NCBI GenBank assembly: GCA_030704615.1
Contig: CM060731.1
Span: forward strand, 75,764,001 to 75,828,000
DNA: 64,000 nucleotides
Direction of reading: 5' to 3'
Source of the DNA: Takakia lepidozioides
Taxonomy: Eukaryota > Plantae > Bryophyta
How positions within the stretch are numbered: position 1 is the stretch's first letter; each line of letters begins with the position of its first letter. Shown here piece by piece: positions 56,189 to 64,000 of the stretch. The translations under genes and the position numbers were made by a program. The notes below the pieces were generated by a model. It was not told where the DNA came from and made no database searches. It saw only the letters and a list, made by a program, of their open reading frames with translations.

Positions 56189-57597
56189 TCTACTACATGT
56201 GTTGGGACCTATTTTGGTTATTATACCAGGAAAATACAGATCATTCTGGTAAGTTATGCATGTTAGCAATGCCAGTAGAGCCTTTCAAGGTGAAATATAC
56301 CATAAGTAGGCCTGCTTCTGCAGCCCCCCCTCTCTTTCTCTCTCAATCACCACAATTTTATTCTTGCACCACCATTACATGTAGTTTAGAAGTTTCTCTT
56401 TTATGTGTCATGTCTTTTCTATGGGTAAGTTCTTCGCAACAACATGGATTCTCATAATACAGCATGCAAGTTGTGAAGCAGAGTTTATGCCTAGGGTTTT
56501 AACTTTTCAGTGATTTTGTCCAGTGGATACAATTGGAGAGCGTGTCTTTGTATCAGTTTAGAATCACCCACCAAGAGCTACCACATCACAATTCCAGCAC
56601 TCAACTCACACTCACCATACATGCCATTACATTGAAGCCATGAGTTGCATATCGTTTGAGCTAGAGCATATCCCCTTCAAGAGCACAGGCCCCCAAGTTA
56701 AATAGCCAATGTGTAACCTACAAAGAATGTAAGGTGGTGTTTATACATTGGAAACAAGGCGTGAGATACACGGAGGCCCTGCCATTGTTTTACTGATATC
56801 ATTTCTGGGAGCATATATTCTTTTACTTAAGAGGACTAAGTATGCCTTCCCAGAGTTGTTCCAAGTTGTTTTCATTGTAGCCATTCGAGGGGTCGCCTAA
56901 GGTGAGTGGAGGACTGGCAGCCCAAAAATTCACTTCCGATTTTGCTACAAGATAAATCCTTGGAATCTACAAATTAGCAACGATGAACATGTTGGGAGTG
57001 AATTTCAGGCTGAAATTCGATGGGATTTCAGGGGTCAGATGTACTCCTCTACCTGAGATTCTCCTCTCATCTCCAGGTTAGAGAGGGCCCCCCTTAAATC
57101 ACTGGCTACCCTTAAATCACTGGCTATCCTGTGGATAGCTTGGAAGCCTGCGATCCTTTTGGCATTCGGATAAACCTATATTTCGGCAGTGTGGCGGTTC
57201 CATGGCTGGCCCTGTCCGCCCTTGACTAGTCTAGGTTCAGGGCAGCCCGGATTGCTTCAAAATGAGTGGACATTTTTTGCCCAAGTTGTAAAAAATTAGA
57301 AAACAAAGTATATTATTAATCTGAAGGTGGTTGCTAGAACATTAGGGGGTTAAGACTTAAGAATACAAGGAGAACACAACTGCGGCAACCAGTCCACATA
57401 GGGGGAATAACTCTCACAGCCCCTAGGAGGAAGCTGAAGAACTGCTTGACTTTATTTCAAAAGAGACTACATTATGCTGCTGGTGTATATATGTAAATAT
57501 CTTTAAGAATCTCTACATGCAGAAGCCATGTCTGCCGAAGATCTATGCAAGCCTAATATAGACAATGTCACTGCATAATGGAGGGAACTGCTAACAA

Positions 57598-59691
57598 TCA
57601 CTTGTTTGCAGGAGTGAATTTCAATGAGACACTATTGACACAGTGCCTGGCATCAGTTGGAGTTTTGAAGCCCTCCCCTTTGAAGACATGGCCCATATGA
57701 CCCCCACAAGCAGCACAGGTGATCTCTATGCGGCGTCCATCGGGATCAGGCTACATGCACCCCCCAACCCCAGTTAATCACCTCCCTAAGACCTCCCAGG
57801 GAGTGTAGCTGAAATACTTCACTGCACTGTCTCAAACTGCTTTTCGATCTGAGGTGCCTTAGTAAAATGTGGGAGTCCCTGCACTTGCAATTTGTCTCAG
57901 ACTTAAATATTCAAGCCTCTCGAGCAAAGCCCCTTCAGCCCCTTTCCTGCCCCTCTTCCTTGAGCCGAGGACTGACATACATTAGAATTCCTGTTGGTAG
58001 TACTAACTCCCAATATATGCCCCACCGACATCATTCACGGCTGCTGTCTTCTCACAACACTCTTTTTAGTCAGTCTTCATACCTCCACATCTCTCTCACA
58101 TACTAACAAGTTGGACCTTAGGCCACACCAGCTGCACATATGCCTCAACAAAGACTTGGAATTGAGGTCAGCATAATGAGGGATGGAAGTGACATGTGGA
58201 TCTGTAGTGGGGTATGATGGACATACCGTTTCCTTGATGGCACCAGGCAGGCCTTCAAAGAACGCAGGCCATCCACAACCTGAGTCAAACTTTGTGGTTG
58301 ACTTATAAACAGGAGTTCCACAGCCAGCACACTCGTAGACCCCTTCTTCAGAAAACTTGTTATACTTTCCAGTTCCTGCCCATCTGTTGGGTCCCCAAGA
58401 CATAAAAATGAACATCAGCAAGTGACACCATTACATACAGTCGTTACTTTGTCCCAAAACCATGCTTTTCAGTTCCAAACTGGCAATGTGATTTGGGTGA
58501 TGCCAACTATGCTCATAAAGGTCAGGACGGACAACATTGCATCCTTGCCCTCCTAGCTCTGCAAAGCACCTAAACCCCTACAAAAAACCTGGGACTGATT
58601 GCAGGCATGGCCAAGTAAACACCAATAAAATCAAGCCACAGTCCCAGGTGCCAATGAACCAACAGAGGAACTTCCACCAATTTCTATATAAACACTTGGG
58701 GAAAACCAATAATTTTTCAGTAAAAGGTCCAGAGCCTAAGGCTGACATAGAGGTGAATGAAACTTGTGTGATTTGCTGACACCACTACATATAGGGGAGA
58801 CACAGAAAACGAAACAGAGTCCAGATCAAGCCTTCATGAATTGAATCTCACAATCCAGTACACCTCCAAAAATAGCCTTTTGTTGCAAAGACAGAATCCT
58901 TTAAGCTGAGGTTCCTCTTAACCAAGACAATCAGTACTGAAGTCAGCTTGTATTATTGGCGAAGGCATTCCTCTCATCATACATCGTTCATTCACCAACA
59001 CTAACTGCGAGGTCTTCACCCAATTCTACCTAACTTACAGAATCCCTCAATCAGCCCAACATGCTATATTTAGCTGTCAGGCTGCGCTTTTCGGTCCCGT
59101 GAGCTTCTTCGCTCTCTTCTTAGTTTACAATTGACGATCAAAGAAAGCTGCGACAGCACCGTGCATAAGCTACAGGAGATGCTCTCCAGGAAAGAATAGA
59201 GAAGTGAACGACCAGCAAAGACCTTCTCTTTGGCGAAGACAGCCTCCCGTCCGACCCTCTCAATTACACTCCCAGGAGATTCCAACTTCGTAATCCAACT
59301 CAAAAACAAACCGTGCACATGCACAAATACAAGGAATAACATAATTTCAAGCAATCGACAACACATTAGTGAAGACAAATGCAAAGAAGCCTCACTCGGT
59401 GCCTTTTTGACGAAGAATTCTAAACTGCTCCGGGCTCAAAACCGTTCTCCACTCCTCCTCCGATTTCTCCGATTTCTGAACTTGGGTGTCGGATCCTCCC
59501 GCGGCCATGGTGATGCCCTGTCTATGCCCGCTCCCCGCGCCTCTGGAAGTGCGAATGCCCTGAAACAAATTCGCACTGTTGCTTACTCCGCTGGAAGACA
59601 ATCTCGCTACTGATGCTCTGGAGGTCAGGCTGAAGACAGAAGAGGAAGGGACGCGGTAAAACGCTTGCAGCGTCGCGGGCATGGCCGCCAT
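57598..59691 (-). CDS. MSRB: Plastid-targeted peptide methionine sulfoxide reductase B (2-Cys type); exons 59396-59691, 58227-58383, 57598-57750
   Basis: Ser-rich transit peptide. [24 protein letters not shown] | [28 protein letters not shown] | [35 protein letters not shown]. Confidence 0.96.
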
Positions 59692-60049
59692 ACCCCCTCC
59701 TTCTTCCCTCTTTCTCTTCTTCCTCTTCTCTGCGTGCTCAAGGGAAGCCTTCTCTTTCGGTTATGTCACTACTCACTAATCAGTTACTAATCAGTAACTA
59801 ATCAGTGATTAATCAGGACTTCTCTTTGTATTAGCGTCTTCTTAGAATCCATATTAGTAATTTATCCTGATTAGTAACTAACTAACAGCAGCATGGCTTA
59901 TTCCGCTGAACCGGCCACCTCGAAGCTAATAGTAACTCACAGCACGGCCACGTGTCAGTTAGTGACTGTCGGAACGTCGCTCTTTTCTGTTCACGATGAC
60001 TGGATGAGAAAGTGGACACGTCAGTAGATGAATACCTTAAAAAAAGGTT

Positions 60050-63000
60050 TCATTTCGTTTTATATATATTTTGTTTCCATGGAAACACTAGCCCCAGCAA
60101 CTGGGCCTTGAGGGAGAAAACAAGCGGCTTGACGCATAATGGCTCCACCCTCCAATATAAAATATATAAGACAACACTAATGTGAATGATGATATTTAAC
60201 AACGTGATTTGGCAACTTTGAAAGCTATGTATGTAGGTTTGTGATCTGTCCAATATGTTTCTGTAACTCCAGATATGCATTGTTGGTTTGGTGTATTTGT
60301 CCAAATGTGATCCAATTGTGAACCATATATTGTAGTAGCTTGCATAAATTGAAGTGTCATGTTAATCGTCTTCATAAATTGTAACAGTTGCTTTGACATT
60401 GATGAATTGTTTTCTAGCATGTTAATATTAAAGCGATGGAGGTTTGTAAATGACAATAATGTGGATAGCTCTTCTTGTATTTTTGTTGAAAGTATCAGCA
60501 CCATAAGATGAAAATATTTCATACGATGTTAACGATACTATTTTGTCATATAATAGCATTGTACAATGGCTACCATGAACAGCCACATGCGAATATTTTT
60601 TGGTATCTATGAATAAGTTTATGTCAGAAGTTTTTGGATTAAAATGTGTTTCATTAAAACATAAAATATGAGCTGCTTGTAAGTTGTGATTTGCACATAT
60701 ATCTTCTCTATGTAATAACAACGATCTAGTATTTAAATGTTGTATAAGAACATGTGATTGTGTATATATGGTTGAAGTTGGAATGATCAACTCCCATTTT
60801 GCTGTTGTTTTCAATCTTTGCATTTCTTCTACCACACCATTATCAACATGAAAATTTGATAATTGTAAATTTGATAGGAGATACAAATTTTATTTTTAAC
60901 GTATTCGAGACAAAGCTGTATAACTTAAACCATGTTTATGTCTGTTGGATCAAACGCCAAATAGTCTAAAGTGTATTGGTGGTGCTTGGGAGAAATCTCT
61001 AGTGATAATAACATCAATATTACCAAAGTAAGAATTATGAATTTGTTTTATTGATCTCAATCGTTGATCAGCAAACGCAAGCATCCGACCACCTACAAAG
61101 ATACTTCATCTAATACCATAAGTTGTAGTTCATAAATTTTTTTACTAATGTGTCTAATCGTTCAGAACCTAGCGATGGCAAATCTTTGCAATTAAGAGGT
61201 ATGCTTAGTCCTGAATGGATTGTTGTTCCATCTATATAAAGCGGCATTTCCAGTATATGCCATGAGAATTGTTTTTTGTTTAAGGGGGTCAGATTGTGGA
61301 TGTCTATTGTAAAATCTCAATAAACCTTGAATAATAAGCAACAAAGTAAATGTTTTTCCGGTTCCTGCCCCCTGTTAAAAACAAGTGCAAAGGTTTATTG
61401 GGAAATAAATGTTTTCTACACATACAATCATCGAAAATTGCACGTTGTTTTATATTAAGTTTTCGTAGTTGTGCATAAAATTCTGTTGTGGAAATAATGT
61501 TATCAGACGCAGAAGAAATATTCGCATCAGGCACTGTTGATAAACCAATTTCAGGGTGCAAATGAAATTCAGTAGCTATGTCATATGGTTCTATCCCAGT
61601 ACTACTTATTAATGATTGTGAAATGGATTCTGCATCTACATTAGTATCAAGAAAGTTATTCATCCATATACTAGTATCATTGATTTTGGCTAATTCGTGA
61701 GCATTTGTCTCTAACATACTCCAAGATGATGTATTAGTATTTTCTATAGAAAACTTGTATATGAATTTATTACATATTAATGAAATAGTTGATTCATGAT
61801 TCATATACGCATCATGCCAAGTCTTATGGTTGTCTTTTTGAGATTCTTCATTTTTTATGAATGGATGAAAAAGTAAAAGTTCTCGATAATAATTTTCGGA
61901 GTCTCGATGCTCATTGTAATGCACATATCTAATGATATGAGATTTTTTACGACGCTTTATATTATTATTTTCCATTGTATAATCTGCTACATATTCAATG
62001 AGACTTAAATGATTTAATGTAGTTGGGCGATCTATGTATTTTATCGATACCATATGAACACTTTATATCCGTAGATTCAGGAGAGAGTCGTCGTAAATCT
62101 TTATCAGCTTTCAGCACAAATGCCCGTTCTTGAGGCGGTGATGTGTTTAGAAATATAAAAGTTCTGGATGAATGATATAGTGGTATAGATAAGACAACGT
62201 ATGCAGCTAATTGAGCGGACATTTGCTGGGCATTCAAGAACACATTTACCATCTTACGGATTCTAACATTTGCATCAACTTGTTCTGATTTATATTTTTC
62301 TATTGTACGAAATTCATTAGTAATAGTTTTATCTATCTTAGTTAAATAAGAAGTACAATAACTTGCTACAGCATAAGGATCGAGAATATATTGTGCATCA
62401 ATATTAGCTTGCCACAATGGGCCAGCGTGGATACCAAATGCATTAGTACGGATATCTTTACATGTTCTATTTAAAAATAAAGTAGGTTTTTGCAATCTAA
62501 TACGCAACGCACATATATATGTATGTAATAATGAAAGGAAGTCATCAAATGAAATATCTATACCCATATCCATTTTATTTAACTCAGTAGATATTTGAGT
62601 TGATATCAATGTATAATGTTTTAAATCCTTTTTTGTTTAATTCTTCAGTGAAGGTTCCAAAATAGTAATACAAATCATTGGGGGCAATGGATAGTGAAAA
62701 CGACATATAGCTTGATTTTTTTTTTCTACATGTCCGTTTGTGTCGATGGATTTGAGCTTCACGAAGACTAGGTGGAAGAACATTACTATCAGATGTTATA
62801 TATTTATCCACAAAATCTTTAATTATCTTATTTTGGTCTATTCCATAAATGGGTGCATTAGCTAACATTCCATGGTCATGTTCACTATCTCTACTTTGAA
62901 ATTTTGTAACATAGAAAAAATCACGTAGGGGTCCAAAAATGGTATGATCTTTTTTACATAGATGTCTAAAAGCACCCATTCGATGATCATAATATCGAGC

Positions 63001-63860
63001 ACATGTAACGGGGTCGGATCGGACTAACTTGGCAATGTGTTTAGTTTCTAAGTTTTGTATATTATCCGGAAGTGTGTGTTGACATCCTGGTGTATGCAGC
63101 AGAGTGATGGTCCCAGTTTTGGCTAGAGGTTGTGCTTTTGCACTTGTTGTGAAAAGTTCTAATTTTTCATAGTTGAGAGAATGAAGGATTTCTAATAGTG
63201 GTGTCCATTTACTTTCAGCACTTGTGAATGTGACAAAAAAAGTAGGGGGTCCTAATTGTCGAATCATTGCAAAAGCTTCTTTTTGAAGACGAGCCAAGTA
63301 ATCGGGCGATGTTCGTAATCGTTCTAGATCTCTACAGCCTAGATCTGAGCGCAATAGCTTATTCCAAATTTGGTTTTTCAAGGAGATCACATGTCTTTAA
63401 TTGTCTACCATGAAGTTTACCTTTACAAATACGAATCCAAGAAGATGAAGTAACCCAATGAATTAATACTTTTATAGCTTTTAAAAAAAAAATCGGAATA
63501 TGTCATGCAAAATCATGGTCTTTATGCAATAGTTCCCACTGTGCAATATCTTGATAAGATAAAGCCGACCAATTTGATTGAGGATGTCCAAAAAACAAGC
63601 TAGGAAAATTTAATTCTTCGCTATGAATATCTTGAAATAGACCTAATGGTTTGAAATCTTGACTAGGAGCTACCGTCAAAAGATCATCTTGAAATACTTG
63701 GATTTGTTCCGAAGTGAGAATATTTTCCACCAAAGTATCACTAGTAATATTTTCGATAACTTCCTCACAATTATCTCGAGTATTTTCGATAACTTCCTCA
63801 TAACTATCTTCATTAAGATAATGTTTTTGATTATTTTGTTCTGTTTGACGCAGGATCATC
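60050..63860 (-). mobile_element. Helentron-type Helitron remnant (Rep/HUH, Pif1 helicase, C-terminal AP endonuclease)
   Basis: Rep: SEELNFPSLF, MIRQLGPPTFFVTFTSAE, DPVTCARYY, FQSRDSEHDHG, YCTSYLTK. Helicase: LFLTGG.GTGKT. APE: HLNTRSL, CFNETH, IYKPPS, TTIYGSQLDHIW, YWTDHKP. Many frameshifts. Confidence 0.88.
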
Positions 63861-64000
63861 CCACTTTTTCAAAACTGATGCGTGGTCTCTTCTTGAGGGA
63901 GGAGCCAATAAACCCCCTTACGAGGCCATGAGGGCAAACAGTTGCAGAGCCCCAGCCTGAAGACGAGAGAGACAGCTTACATGGGTTTGAACCCCAGACC

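Noticed and set aside
57343-57356. Possible piggyBac right end (gggggttaa)
   Set aside because: No matching left TIR found nearby.

Overview
Nuclear genomic DNA of a land plant. The TE repertoire suggests a seed-free lineage such as a bryophyte; this is inference. Both flanks carry ordinary intron-containing genes: PSB27-H2/LPA19, mitochondrial OXA1, an AGD5/NEVERSHED-type ARF-GAP, a GPI-anchored SPARK-domain protein and a small RING-H2 ORF on the left, and a UDP-glycosyltransferase and plastid MSRB on the right. The centre (about 28.45-51.33 kb) is one nested transposon stack. A ~240-bp tandem repeat is split by a Dualen/RandI-like LINE, which is split by a TIR-bounded ~21-kb block. That block holds a PLS-PPR fragment, LTR elements and a TTAA-flanked piggyBac-like MITE. 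The standout is a Ty3/gypsy retrotransposon whose polyprotein carries a DNMT3-like C5-cytosine DNA methyltransferase (GWPCQ / ENV / RPRLWWTN / ERAMGF / LGQAMD) between protease and reverse transcriptase. This copy is dead: motifs I-III are deleted, it has C-to-T-type stops, and a second gypsy element interrupts it. A second fragment of the same family occurs in the window. A Helentron (Rep-Pif1-AP endonuclease) remnant closes the right end. All calls were made by eye from motifs; no database searches were run.
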